The notes under the pieces were generated by a model. It did not search any database, was not told the origin of the DNA, and worked only from the letters and a program-made list of their open reading frames with translations. A stretch of 64,000 bases of DNA from an uncultured Chloroflexia bacterium (GTDB lineage: Bacteria; Chloroflexota; Limnocylindria; Limnocylindrales; CSP1-4): contig CAVYIM010000005.1 in assembly GCA_963768655.1 (NCBI GenBank), forward strand, positions 1-64,000, read 5' to 3'. Of the stretch, positions 1 through 10,480 are shown piece after piece. Both the position numbers and the translations under genes were made by a program. Position 1 is the stretch's first letter. Each line of letters starts with the position of its first letter.

Positions 1-181
1 GGCGATCAGCGGCGAACCCCCGTGCGGCCGCAGCACGTTGCGCAGTCGCCGAGAGGACGCCCCCCATGGAGGTGCTCGGGAACGCCACGAGCGTGTTCCC
101 GAAGTCAAGCGTAATGGCCTCGATCGCCTGGCCCAACTCCACGACTCCCAGCTCGCGCGGCTGCACGTCCCGGCTCGTCAT
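1..181 (-). CDS. HAD-family hydrolase, 5' part (runs off window start)
   Basis: Manual translation MTSRDVQPRELGVVELGQAIEAITLDFGNTLV contains HAD motif I (DFGNTL); ATG overlaps the helicase stop (ATGA at 181-178). Confidence 0.7.
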   Translation of the reverse strand, partial: MTSRDVQPRELGVVELGQAIEAITLDFGNTLVAFPSTSMGGVLSATAQRAAAARGFAADR

Positions 182-3100
182 TTCGCCGCGCTCGAGGGGC
201 AAATATCGCGGAAAGCGCAGTATCCGCAGGCGAGGTACTCGGGCGTGGCTTCGAAGTTGAGCGACCGGATCCCCGCCGCCGCCAGCCGGATCGACGAGCG
301 CGCCTTGTCGAGCCGCTTCTCCTCTACCTCCACTCGCCCCACCAGGCCGGACTCGAGAAACCAGAGCTGCAACGCATCCGGCAGCCGGCCGGATTCTGCC
401 TGGAAGGCCATGGCGTAGATCTGGAGCTGCAGCGAGTCGCGGGCCCGCTCTTTCGCTCTGGCCGGGTCTCGCACGTCGCTCGACTTGTAGTCCGTGATCG
501 TGACCCGCTCCGGATGCAGCCCCGGCAAGGCCGGCGAGGTCACGTCGGCGTGCTGGCGCTCCTCGTCCCCATCGCGCCCCGGCGCTGCCGCGCCCTCGCC
601 GGGCGGCAAGCGTTCGATGTCCACCCGGTCCATCCGGCCGCGGATCCGGTCACCGTCGAGCAGGAAGCTGAACTCGCGCTCAACGTATGCAGGCACCACC
701 GCTCCGGGCCGCAGTTGCCCTTCTCGGAACCGGCGCAGCGCGGCCCGTCCCGCGGCCAGGCGCGCCTCCTCGTGCTCGCGGGTCAGGAACCCTTCGTTCG
801 ACCACGCCCGCTCGAAGGCTGCGTCGAGCTCCTCGTCGCTCATCAAGTAGCCCTTCGCCTGGCGGCGGTGGAACTCCTGCACCGCCTGGTGCAGCGCGGA
901 GCCGTAGACGATCGAGTGGTGGGGAGCGATGGGCACGCGCAAGACATGGACGTACTTGTACTTGAGCGGGCAGGTCAGGTAGTCGTCCACCTGGTAGAAG
1001 CTCAGGCTCAGCGGGCCCTCCACCACGCCGCGTCCAGGCTCTGCCGGAGCGGCCTTCGGCTCGAACGAGGCGAGGCGCTCCAACGGCGACTGGGCGGCGT
1101 CCGCGGAGATTCGGGCCGTCGAGCTCGCCGCGGGGAGGTCGAGCGCCTCGAGCACGAACTGGGAGACACGGCGCGCCCGCCGGCCCCCGTAGTCGGCGGC
1201 GTGGCTCAGGAACAGCTCGTCGCGGGCGCGGGTCATGCCCACGTAGAAGAGCCGCCGCTCTTCCTGCAGATGGGCGTCGCCTTCGGGCAGGACTTCGTTG
1301 ACCAGCTCCGTGGGCAGGCCGAGTGGCTCCCGCCTTGTCCGGGCGGGGAAACGGCCATCCACGAGCCCGATCATGAATACGACCGGGAATTCGAGCCCCT
1401 TGGCCTTGTGCACCGTCAGAACCGCCACGGCGTCGGCGTCCGGATCGACCTCAGCCGTGGCCGGGTCGTCGCCCGCGTCGATCAGCGTTTGCAGGTGGCC
1501 GGCAACGAACACGACCCGATCGTCCGGCAGCAGGTCCGACTGCGAGCGGACGATCTCGAAGAAGCGGGCGATGTTCTGGAGCGCCTCTTCGGCGGCGACA
1601 GACTCAGTGGACGCCAGCTTCGAGAGCATGCCGCTTCCGCGCAGGAACTGGTACAGGACCTCGCCGGCCGGCCGCTCGTGGGCCAGCTCGGTGTAGCGCC
1701 GGACGTCCCCGACAAGCCGCTCGAGGATTGCCCGCGTCTCCGAGCCGAGCCGCAGTAGCCCGGGTTGCCGGGTCAGCCCCTCCATCACGTCCCACAGCGA
1801 GCGGTTGCGGCGCCGCGCGGCGTTGACGATGGCAGTCAGGTCCTCGCCGCCCAGGCCGTACACCTCCGAGGCCGCCAGCGCATACATGTCGACGCTTGAC
1901 GAGAGGTCCGCGATAGAGCGCAGGAAGGCCAGCAGCAGCCGGATCTCGGGCCGCGAATACAGCCCCGACGTCCCCGAGAAGCGCCATGGCACGGCGGCCA
2001 GGTTCAACGAACGCAGCACCGGGTCCGCGTCGGCGTTGGCGCGCAGGAGGATCGCGAATTCCTTCGGACGGGCGCCCGACGCGACACGACCGGCGATCTC
2101 GCGAGCGACCCAGTCGGCCTCGTCCGAGCCCGTGGCGAAGGCCATGTGACGGACTGGGCGCTCTTCACCATGCCGCTCGGCGATGAGGCGCTTGTCTATG
2201 CCGTTGCGGAACTCGAGCCGGTCCGGGTCGTTGAATCTGACGAGGCGATAGCTCGCGTCGAGGATCGGGGCGCGAGAACGGTAGTTGCGTCGCAGCACGA
2301 CCTGGCGACAGTGCGGGTGGCGCCGCCTGAACTCCAGGATGTTGCTGATGGCGGCACCGCGGAACTTGTAGATCGACTGGTCGTCGTCGCCGACCACGAC
2401 CACGTTCCCGTGCGTGGCCGTGAGCAGCTCGACGAGCTCCGACTGGGCGCTGTTCGTGTCCTGGAACTCGTCCACGAGGACGTAGCGGAATCGGCGCTGG
2501 AGCTCCCACCGCGCCGCCGGCGACTCGCGCAGCAACCGAAGCGTCAGGCTCACCTGGTCGCCGAAATCGATCAGACCGGCCTCACGCAGCAGCTCCTGGT
2601 AGCGCGCGTAGGCTCGGGCCAGCTCGCTCTCCCGTCTGGCCCGCTCCCGCAACGCTTCGACCTCATCGGCAGCCACGCCGCCGGCCGCCACGCCGCCGGC
2701 CGCCACGCCGCCGGCCGCCGCACCGCCGGCCGCCTTCGCCAATCCGGCCGCGAAATCCAGGTACGACTGCGGACTGACGTCCTCGTCCTTGCAGCGGGAA
2801 AAGAGGCCCGCCAGGGCGCCGAGGAAGCGGGTCGGGTCGCCCAGCGGCCGGTACTCATCAAGCGCGAACTCGAAGAGGCGCTCCCGCAGGAAGATCACGA
2901 CTTCGGGCCGAGTGAGAACGCGCGTGTCGGTCGGCAGCCCGAGCTCCAGGGCGAACTCACGCACAATCCGGTCGCCGAAGGCATGGAAGGTGGAGATGAC
3001 CGCGTCCGTGTACCCGTAGGGCACGAGCTGGTCGACTCGGGCCTGCATCTCCTCGGCGGCCTTGTCCGTGAAAGTGAGCGCCAGGATCTCGGACGGGCGG

Positions 3101-3360
3101 GCGCGACGGGTGCCGATCAGCCACGCGATGCGGCGAGTGATGACCTGTGTCTTGCCGGTCCCGGCACCGGCCACCACGAGCAGCGGCCCTTCGTCATGAC
3201 AGACCGCCCGCCGTTGCTCGGCGTTCAGACCCGCCAGAAGCGTCCCGACACCGGACGGATCGGCTTCTTCGCGTGGCGTTTCCGGGGGACCGCCCCAGAC
3301 GGGAATCTGCTCCAGTCGGGCAGGTTCTCGCTGCCTGGTCTTGTGGGTTGGTCTAGGCAT
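178..3360 (-). CDS. UvrD/PcrA-family SF1 helicase with C-terminal PD-(D/E)XK nuclease (AdnAB/AddAB-like)
   Basis: AGAGTGKT, VDEFQD, GDDDQSIYKFRGA, TVHKAKGLEF, EERRLFYVGMTRA motifs; C-terminal RGRMDRVD...DYKS plus Cys cluster (TCP...CGYCAFRDIC). Confidence 0.92.
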   Translation of the reverse strand: MPRPTHKTRQREPARLEQIPVWGGPPETPREEADPSGVGTLLAGLNAEQRRAVCHDEGPLLVVAGAGTGKTQVITRRIAWLIGTRRARPSEILALTFTDKAAEEMQARVDQLVPYGYTDAVISTFHAFGDRIVREFALELGLPTDTRVLTRPEVVIFLRERLFEFALDEYRPLGDPTRFLGALAGLFSRCKDEDVSPQSYLDFAAGLAKAAGGAAAGGVAAGGVAAGGVAADEVEALRERARRESELARAYARYQELLREAGLIDFGDQVSLTLRLLRESPAARWELQRRFRYVLVDEFQDTNSAQSELVELLTATHGNVVVVGDDDQSIYKFRGAAISNILEFRRRHPHCRQVVLRRNYRSRAPILDASYRLVRFNDPDRLEFRNGIDKRLIAERHGEERPVRHMAFATGSDEADWVAREIAGRVASGARPKEFAILLRANADADPVLRSLNLAAVPWRFSGTSGLYSRPEIRLLLAFLRSIADLSSSVDMYALAASEVYGLGGEDLTAIVNAARRRNRSLWDVMEGLTRQPGLLRLGSETRAILERLVGDVRRYTELAHERPAGEVLYQFLRGSGMLSKLASTESVAAEEALQNIARFFEIVRSQSDLLPDDRVVFVAGHLQTLIDAGDDPATAEVDPDADAVAVLTVHKAKGLEFPVVFMIGLVDGRFPARTRREPLGLPTELVNEVLPEGDAHLQEERRLFYVGMTRARDELFLSHAADYGGRRARRVSQFVLEALDLPAASSTARISADAAQSPLERLASFEPKAAPAEPGRGVVEGPLSLSFYQVDDYLTCPLKYKYVHVLRVPIAPHHSIVYGSALHQAVQEFHRRQAKGYLMSDEELDAAFERAWSNEGFLTREHEEARLAAGRAALRRFREGQLRPGAVVPAYVEREFSFLLDGDRIRGRMDRVDIERLPPGEGAAAPGRDGDEERQHADVTSPALPGLHPERVTITDYKSSDVRDPARAKERARDSLQLQIYAMAFQAESGRLPDALQLWFLESGLVGRVEVEEKRLDKARSSIRLAAAGIRSLNFEATPEYLACGYCAFRDICPSSAAK
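2672..2734. repeat. 15-bp in-frame tandem repeat (GCCACGCCGCCGGCC x3 plus one variant copy) encoding GVAAG units
   Basis: Read directly from sequence. Confidence 0.9.
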
Positions 3361-3417
3361 GCCCCTAGGATCGCCGTCGCGGTGACATCTCGCGTGTCAC
3401 GACGTCCGGCTCCGACG

Positions 3418-4167
3418 TCAGGCCGTCGGCGCCGCGGAGCCTGTTTCGGTGGCCGCGGGCTCCAATTCGGCCGCCAATGCGACTGCGGCACCCGCAGCCG
3501 CATTGGCCGAAGGCTCGGCAGCAGCCTCAGCGGGCTTGGCCTGGCGACTCGGTTTGGCCGCGCCACCGGCGGGACCTGCCGGCCTGGTTCGGCCGGGGGC
3601 CTTGCCGGTCGGTCCACCGGCAGAGGCAGACTTGGACCCGCGAGCCGTCGCCGCTCCTCCGCCCTGGGAGACGGCTATCTGCACCGCCTGGGATTCCTCG
3701 GCGCCGAGAGTCGTCTCCGACTGGCCGTCGAACACGGCCTTGGCGTAGACCCGGGTGCCGGTGCGGGAATGGAGGCTCGTGACTACAAAGCCGTCGTTGT
3801 TGGCATCGAGGATCGCCAGCGCGAAGCTCTGATTGCCGCCCGTGTCGTCGAACGGGTTGAAGCGCACGAGGCCGAGCCGGCCGAAATGCAGCCGCGCCCC
3901 ACCCTCGAGGACCGCGGTCCGGGCCATCAATTCGTCGAGGTCGTGCGCCACGTGCACCACCGTGTCCAGGTGCGTCGCCAGCACGCCTTCGAGGCTCTGG
4001 CCGTCGGCGCCCCGCGTCAGGTCGTCCAGACGCTCGCTCAGCAGGGCGATCCGTCGCGACTGGATGTAGAGCATCAGGATGATCAACACCAGAACCACGC
4101 ACCCAAGGACGATGACAACGCCTATGGCGCCCAGGTGCGTGGACACGAAATCGTTGAGTTGCGACAC
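3418..4167 (-). CDS. DUF4446-family membrane protein with Ala/Pro-rich tail
   Basis: N-terminal TM helix; GLVRFNPFDDTGGNQSFALAILD...TRVYAK signature; GTG start with GGAGG RBS. Confidence 0.85.
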   Translation of the reverse strand: MSQLNDFVSTHLGAIGVVIVLGCVVLVLIILMLYIQSRRIALLSERLDDLTRGADGQSLEGVLATHLDTVVHVAHDLDELMARTAVLEGGARLHFGRLGLVRFNPFDDTGGNQSFALAILDANNDGFVVTSLHSRTGTRVYAKAVFDGQSETTLGAEESQAVQIAVSQGGGAATARGSKSASAGGPTGKAPGRTRPAGPAGGAAKPSRQAKPAEAAAEPSANAAAGAAVALAAELEPAATETGSAAPTA

Positions 4168-4307
4168 GTTTACCTCCACTCGGCTCCGGGCGAGTCTAGC
4201 AGCCACGGCGGCAGCACGGCTCGCGGACTCTCGGGCCGCTCACCGAGGTCGATCGGGATGCTATGCTCGACAGGCCATCCAACGATCACCGGAGGCCTCT
4301 CACTGAC

Positions 4308-4700
4308 ATGGCCAAGCGCAACCGCGGCTCGAATCGTCCCGGCCAGCGGCATCAGGACCGTCATTCTTCATCTCGGCAGCAGCCGCGGCCCGCGACTCGA
4401 CCCAGCCAGAGCCTTTCGGCGGCTGAGGAAGCGCGCGCAGCCGACCTCGAATCGCAGATCGTGGCCCAGGGACGCACCACTGGGCCGGCCGCCGAGCGCT
4501 CGCGCGACCGTTCGCGCGTTCCCGACTTCGGACCCGCCGGACGACCCCGGGGTCAGAGCCCGCTGGCGGTGCGCGCGGCCGAGGAGTACGGGTATGTGAG
4601 CCGCGACGTTCGCCGAATCGTGCGCGTCGGCGGCACCATGGTGGGGATCCTGGCCGTCTTCGTCGTCCTGATCGACGTCCTGCGCATCATCCAGCTCTAG
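4308..4700 (+). CDS. Small hypothetical membrane protein
   Basis: GGAGG RBS, basic N-terminus, EEYGYVSRDVRRI motif followed by a C-terminal TM helix. Confidence 0.65.
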   Translation: MAKRNRGSNRPGQRHQDRHSSSRQQPRPATRPSQSLSAAEEARAADLESQIVAQGRTTGPAAERSRDRSRVPDFGPAGRPRGQSPLAVRAAEEYGYVSRDVRRIVRVGGTMVGILAVFVVLIDVLRIIQL

Positions 4701-7163
4701 CGCAGGCCTGACCTCTCGCCGTTCGGGCTGCCGCGCCAGCCCGGCTCCGTCGGGCTGCTCGAGGCCCTGTCCTTTCGACCGTCACCCGCGTGCGACGAGG
4801 TCCGGTCCAGCGCCCGGCGCACGGCCTCGGCCAGCTGCCGGGCGTCGAACGGCTTTGCCAGCACCGCCCCCGCGGCGGCGGCTCCGCTGATCTCCCCCTC
4901 GCGGTCGCGCGGGTAGCCGGACATGAACAGCACCGGCAGTCCCGGCCGACGAGCGGTGAGAACGGCGGCGATCGTGGGCCCATCGAGCTCGGGCATCACG
5001 ACGTCCGACAGCAGCAGATCCAGAGAGGCTCCGAGCGTCGTTGCCTCATCCACGGCTCCCCTGGGGCCGGTCGCCACGACACGGTAGCCTTCGGCCTCGA
5101 GCGCCCGCTTGCAGAAGTCGCGCACGGCCGGCTCATCCTCGACCAGCAGCACCGTCTCACTGCCGCGCCGCGACGACCCCGGCGTGGCGGCCTCCGCGGT
5201 GGAGGCGATACCCTCGCCGAGCGGCAGGTCCACCTGGAAGCGCGACCCGACACCAACCGTCGACTGGACGTGGATGTGGCCGCCCATCGCCTCGACGATG
5301 CCATACACGGTAGCCAGGCCCAGGCCCGTTCCCTGTCCCAGGTTCTTGGTCGTGAAGAACGGCTCGAAGATACGGTCAATGACCTCAGGCGCCATGCCGA
5401 AGCCGGAGTCCACGATCTCGATGCGGGCCCAGGATGGTCCGGGCCGGCCGGCCACTCCGACTGGATCCGGGGGGAGCAGGCCGGTGTTCAGCTTCAACTC
5501 GCCGCCGCTCGGCATCGCGTCGCGGGCATTGACGACCAGGTTCATCACGACCTGATCGAGCTGGCTCGGATCGGTCTCCACGAAGCCGAGGCGCTGGTCG
5601 AGCGTCACCTCGAACTCGATGTCCTCCCCGAGGAGGCGTCGCAACATCGGGACGAGGGCGCCGATCCGGTCGTTCAGCTCGATCCGTTCGACCGACCGCG
5701 GAGCGCGCCTGCCGAATGCCAGGAGCTGCCCGGTGAGCTCTGTCCCACGCGCGCCGGCCCGCCTGATCTCCTGCGCGTCGGCGGCCCGTTCGTCGCCTTC
5801 GAGAGAAGCCACGAGTATGTCGGCGTAGCCGTTGACGACGGTGAGCAGGTTGTTGAAGTCGTGGGCAACGCCGCCCGCCAGCCGGCCCAGGGCCTCCATC
5901 TTCGAGGCCTGGCGGAGCCGGTCTTCGAGCTCCTTGTGCTCGGTGACGTCCTCGACCGTTACGACGGCCATGGATGGCGCGTCGCTCGAAATCCCGGACG
6001 GCGCTGACGTGAACCCGGGCCCAGACTAGGGTCCCGTCCTTGCGGATGTAGCGCTTCACGAGCTCGTAGCTGTCCACCCGTCCGTCGAACAGGTCGGCGA
6101 GAGCCCGCCGACTGACTTCGCGGTCGGCTTCATGCGTGTACTCGAAGACCGCCATCTTCGCCAGCTCTTCCTGGGTGAAGCCGACCAGCCGGTGGAAGGC
6201 CGCGTTGCTCTCCAGGGACCGACCCTGCCGGTCGGCCAGCATCATCCCGATCGCGGAGTCGTCGAAGATGGCCCGCATTCGCGCCTGGCTCTCCGCCGTG
6301 GCGCTCTCGGCGGCGACTCGTTCGCTGATGTCGCGCACGACGACCTCGACCGCGGGGCGGCCGTTGAAGACGATCGGCCGGGCCGCCGCCTCCACGTCGA
6401 AGACGGTCCCGTCGCGGCGCAGATGCCGCTCGCGCGACGCCTCGATGGCGCCGCCCTTGCTGACGATCTCGGCAACCCGATCGCGAATGGTGTCTTTGTG
6501 CGACGGGGCCACGAAATCCCAGACGCCGAGCCCAATCATTTCGGCCGGATCACCAGCGCCGTACAGACTGGCGGCAGCGCGATTGACGAACACGATCCGC
6601 CCATCCTGGTGGACCGCCACGGCCTCCGGGAGCAGGTCGAGAAGGGTCTCATAGCGAGCCTCGGTCTCCGCGAACGCGAGTGCCGCTCGTTTGCCGCGAG
6701 TCGTCTCCGACCCGATCGCTATGACGAATGTGACTGCTTCGGTGGCAACGAGCTCCGCATTCCAGGCGATGCGGGCTCTGCGGCCATCTTTGCGAATCCA
6801 TTGCGACAGGAACGAGATCCTGCGTTCCTGACCCGAAATCAGGCGATCGAGGGCCGCCTGTGCCTCGACGCGGAACCTGGACCTCAGCCGCATGAGATCC
6901 ACGAGCGGCGTGCCGGATACTTCGGCGAAAGGAAGTCCCGAGCTTTCCTCGCAGTGCCGGTTCCACAGCAGCAGAGAGCCGTCAGGGCGCGCCAGGACGA
7001 CGAGCGAGTCTACGGCATCGACGATCGCCCTCAGAGTGGCGATGTTCCGAGGCGTGAAGCCCGCGGCAGCGTCCTCGACGCCGGACGGCCCGGCGGGCGC
7101 GGCAGACCTTGCCGGGGCCGTTAGCTCGGCGCGGTCGTTCGGATGGGACTTCGGCATGGCCAT
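4697..7163 (-). pseudogene. PAS-PAS-PAS hybrid sensor histidine kinase/receiver, split by a 1-nt frameshift near 5990
   Basis: PAS domains in ORF 5385..7163; HisKA ([10 protein letters not shown]), HATPase (GTGLGL) and REC domains in ORF 4697..5971; the last PAC motif is broken at GGGATTTC. Confidence 0.8.
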
Positions 7164-7235
7164 ACGTTCTCCACTCTACCCTGCGGAGTTGTCGGACGCG
7201 CAGCCGGATCCCCGAGCGGCGAGTAGCATCCAGCC

Positions 7236-8732
7236 ATGGCCACTCGCCGCCCCAGCCGAACCGCCTCCCCCAGCCAGCAACCGATCTTCGCACCTCCGCC
7301 CGACCGCCAGCCGCTGGCCGCCCGGATGCGCCCGCGTACCCTTGACGAGGTCGTCGGCCAGGAGCAGCTGATCGGCGAACGCGGAGCGTTGCGTCGCGCC
7401 GTTCAACGTGGCCGTCTCGGCTCCATACTCCTGTGGGGACCGCCCGGAAGCGGCAAGACCAGCCTGGCTCGCGTCCTCGCCGATGCCGTCGGAGCTCAGC
7501 TGGTGACGATCTCGGCCGTGATGAGCGGCGTCGCCGAGGTTCGAGCCCTCGTGGTCGAGGCACGCGACCGGCTGGCCCTCAGCGGCCGCCAGACGATCCT
7601 CTTCATCGACGAGATCCACCGCTTCAACAAGGCCCAGCAGGACGCGCTGTTGCCCCATGTCGAAGAAGGAACCGTCACGCTCGTAGGCGCCACGACGGAG
7701 AACCCCTACTTCGAGGTGAACTCGGCGCTGCTCTCGCGCCTGCGGGTCTATCGCCTCGAGCCACTGACCGACGACCAGGTGGCCGCGGTGGTCAGGCGCG
7801 CCCTCGCGGACGAGGAACGCGGGCTGGCCGGCAGACTTGGGCCGGCAGGTGGCGTGGCGGTGGGAGGCGAGGCCTTCGACCATCTGGTCAGCCTCTCGGC
7901 CGGTGACGCACGCCAGGCCCTCAATGTCCTCGAAGGCGCGGTTTCGATCGCGGAAGTCGAAGGTTCTCGCGACGACCAGGGCCGCGTCGCACCCCGGCTG
8001 ACAGACGTCGAGGCAGCCGCCCAGCAGCGCGTGCTGGCTTACGATCGGGCCGGCGACGGCCATTTCGACACCGTCAGCGCGTTCATCAAGAGCATCCGCG
8101 GCAACGACCCGGACGCGGCCCTGTACTGGCTGGCCGCGATGATCGCCGCCGGTGAGGATCCCCGCTTCATCGCCCGTCGCCTGATCATCTCCGCCTCCGA
8201 GGACGTCGGCCTGGCCGACCCTCGCGCCCTGGAGATAGCGGTCGCCGCCGCGGCGGCGCTCGATTGGGTCGGCCTTCCGGAGGCCCAGTACGCCCTGGCC
8301 CAGGCCACCGTGTTCCTGGCCGCAACCGCCAAGAGCAACGCCGCGGGTCGCGCCTACTTCGCCGCGATGGACGACGTTCTGGGCCACGGGTCGCTGCCCG
8401 TGCCGGCGCACCTCCGCTCGAGCGGGCCCGGCCGGCGCAACTACCGCTACCCCCACGACTACGCCGGCGACGACGTGGCCCAGCAGTACCTGCCAGACGA
8501 GCTGGCCGATCGGCGCTACTACTTCCCAGGCGACGAGGGAGCGGAGAGCAAGATCCGCGAGCGGTTCGAGCGGCTGCTTGAGACTCGTCGCGATCCGCCG
8601 GCGCGCAAACGGCCAGCCGAGGGACAGCCGCAAGGGGATCCCATGGCCACGGGACCCGAAGGGATGCGCCGCCGCCAGGAGAGCATGCGCGAAATGGCCG
8701 ACGAGCAGCGCCGAGACGCCGACGGGGAGTGA
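7236..8732 (+). CDS. rarA: Replication-associated recombination protein A (MgsA/RarA AAA+ ATPase)
   Basis: [49 protein letters not shown] motifs. Confidence 0.95.
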   Translation: MATRRPSRTASPSQQPIFAPPPDRQPLAARMRPRTLDEVVGQEQLIGERGALRRAVQRGRLGSILLWGPPGSGKTSLARVLADAVGAQLVTISAVMSGVAEVRALVVEARDRLALSGRQTILFIDEIHRFNKAQQDALLPHVEEGTVTLVGATTENPYFEVNSALLSRLRVYRLEPLTDDQVAAVVRRALADEERGLAGRLGPAGGVAVGGEAFDHLVSLSAGDARQALNVLEGAVSIAEVEGSRDDQGRVAPRLTDVEAAAQQRVLAYDRAGDGHFDTVSAFIKSIRGNDPDAALYWLAAMIAAGEDPRFIARRLIISASEDVGLADPRALEIAVAAAAALDWVGLPEAQYALAQATVFLAATAKSNAAGRAYFAAMDDVLGHGSLPVPAHLRSSGPGRRNYRYPHDYAGDDVAQQYLPDELADRRYYFPGDEGAESKIRERFERLLETRRDPPARKRPAEGQPQGDPMATGPEGMRRRQESMREMADEQRRDADGE

Positions 8733-9103
8733 TCGGACGAACGGCGGCCCCGAGGCGGCCGGCGAAGGTTCAACCCCGGGCGAGTGGTGCGGCCGCGTAC
8801 CGGATAGGTAGTTGTCCCTACCCGTTTGCCGGCCCGTTCGACTGAATTACCTCATTTGAGGTATTGCGATTGCATGAGGTCGGATCAAAGTCTGCCATGG
8901 AGTCGCAAAGGGCGACCGGGTTGAGACCCCACGCAGTCCGTGAAGCGCTCCGGCAGGACCAGATCTACAGCGTGGCGCTGCAGACGTTGAGCGGCTAAAC
9001 GGGATGCAACGAATCTGACACGGCGGCCGCAGCGCCGCCGGTACAGATTCCCGCCGGCCAGCCGAATACTCCGGTGCGTCCCTTGCTATTACTGGGGAGC
9101 GCA

Positions 9104-9511
9104 ATGTCTCGTGCGCACGCTGTCGCGCCCGCTGGCGCGAACGCTCCGTATCGGGGACCCGCTCAAGCTGCCCGGACTGCCAGGCCAAGAGTGGCGAGCC
9201 GCCCGCAGCGGCCCTCAGATTTCTGCTACGTCGAACGCGCGATGCTCCTGTGGCCACGGCTCGATCGGGCCAAGCTCCGCAAGGTCGCCAACGACCCTGC
9301 CCGGATCGCCGAAATGGTCGAACGACGGACCTCCCAGCCGTACGACGTGATCCTGGCGATGCTGACCAGGCAGACGGACCGGCTGATCTCCCCGACCGAA
9401 GAGACCTCCGGCTTCGACTCGGGTCGTTCCGAGGCCGCCCGAATGGCCCTGCGTATCGTCCGCAGCGAGGAAGGCGCTCAGATCGAGATCCAGGATCTGT
9501 TGCCTGCGTAG
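9104..9511 (+). CDS. Hypothetical protein
   Basis: ATG with GGGGAG RBS, GC3-rich coding bias; no recognisable domain. Confidence 0.55.
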   Translation: MSRAHAVAPAGANAPYRGPAQAARTARPRVASRPQRPSDFCYVERAMLLWPRLDRAKLRKVANDPARIAEMVERRTSQPYDVILAMLTRQTDRLISPTEETSGFDSGRSEAARMALRIVRSEEGAQIEIQDLLPA

Positions 9512-9723
9512 CCAGGGTCCACGGCTCTCCCGGCACCGTATCCGCGCCTCGTGGCCCGTTCGGGCGTCAGGCTGTGTCCAGACGCGGTAGAGCCGGTTCA
9601 CCAGAACCTGCAGCAGGAGATCATCTCGGGTGGATCTGCGTGGTTCGCTGGCGATCCGGCTCTGCGTCGGAGGCGTCGGGGTCTAGCTGGCCGACTTGAG
9701 CGCCGGCCGTCGGCGGCGGTGCG

Positions 9724-10137
9724 TCAGGGCTCCAGGTCCAGCGCCCGAACGTGGCGCGTCCGGAATATGGCGATCGGTCGACGGTCGAAGGCGGCGACGC
9801 GGGTTATGCCGAGCCGCTCGGCCGTGGCGACCAGAACTGCATCCGTGAGGCGGGGCCGATACTCGACCGTCTCGCGGAGCAGTTCTGCGGCCCGAGTCAG
9901 GTCGGCCTGGGTCGGGGCCACGACGCGCACCGCGCCGCTCTGGATCGACTCGAGCAGCGCCAGCGTCGCCCGCAGCCCCAGTTCTCGCTGGAGCAGGAGA
10001 TCCACCTCTCCCAACGTCAGCGCCCCGACCATCAGAGGCTCGTTGACCCGCCCGAACCAGGCCAGCGCGGCGCGGTGATTGAGATCCGACTGGTCCGCCG
10101 CGGCCAGGATCGCGCTCGAATCGAGAAGAATGGCCAC
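9724..10137 (-). CDS. PIN-domain (VapC-like) toxin
   Basis: ILLDSSA, DAVLVATAERLG, AFDRR PIN motifs. Confidence 0.88.
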   Translation of the reverse strand: MAILLDSSAILAAADQSDLNHRAALAWFGRVNEPLMVGALTLGEVDLLLQRELGLRATLALLESIQSGAVRVVAPTQADLTRAAELLRETVEYRPRLTDAVLVATAERLGITRVAAFDRRPIAIFRTRHVRALDLEP

Positions 10138-10140
10138 CGC

Positions 10141-10392
10141 TCAGGTCCCCTCCGGCCGGGGCCGCTGGCCGGCCTCTCGACGCGCGATCCCCCGCCCGTC
10201 GAGTGAAAGCCGGCCGTGGTCGCTCCGCCCTACCGCCAGAAACGGCAGATCGGGCGTGGTGTCGTTCGTCTCGAGATGGGCCTCCAGTGCGGCCGCGATC
10301 ACCGACGTCTTCGTCACGCCCGTCCGGGCCGCAAAGCGGTCGAGTCGCTCCAGAAGGTCGGCCTCGATCAGAATCGTCGTCCTCTTCAGCAT
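10141..10392 (-). CDS. Ribbon-helix-helix antitoxin (VapB-like)
   Basis: MLKRTTILIE...TKTSVIAAALE RHH pattern immediately upstream of the PIN gene. Confidence 0.82.
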   Translation of the reverse strand: MLKRTTILIEADLLERLDRFAARTGVTKTSVIAAALEAHLETNDTTPDLPFLAVGRSDHGRLSLDGRGIARREAGQRPRPEGT

Positions 10393-10480
10393 ATGCGGTC
10401 ATATATACCACACTGGCGCGAACCGGCGACGCCTCGTAGCATCCGCCCGTCGTCGTGCTATCCCGCATGAGGTGGAACCC

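Noticed and set aside
8880-9020. Possible c-di-GMP or other riboswitch (GTCGCAAAGGGCGAC hairpin)
   Set aside because: The other conserved elements could not be matched by eye; needs an Rfam search
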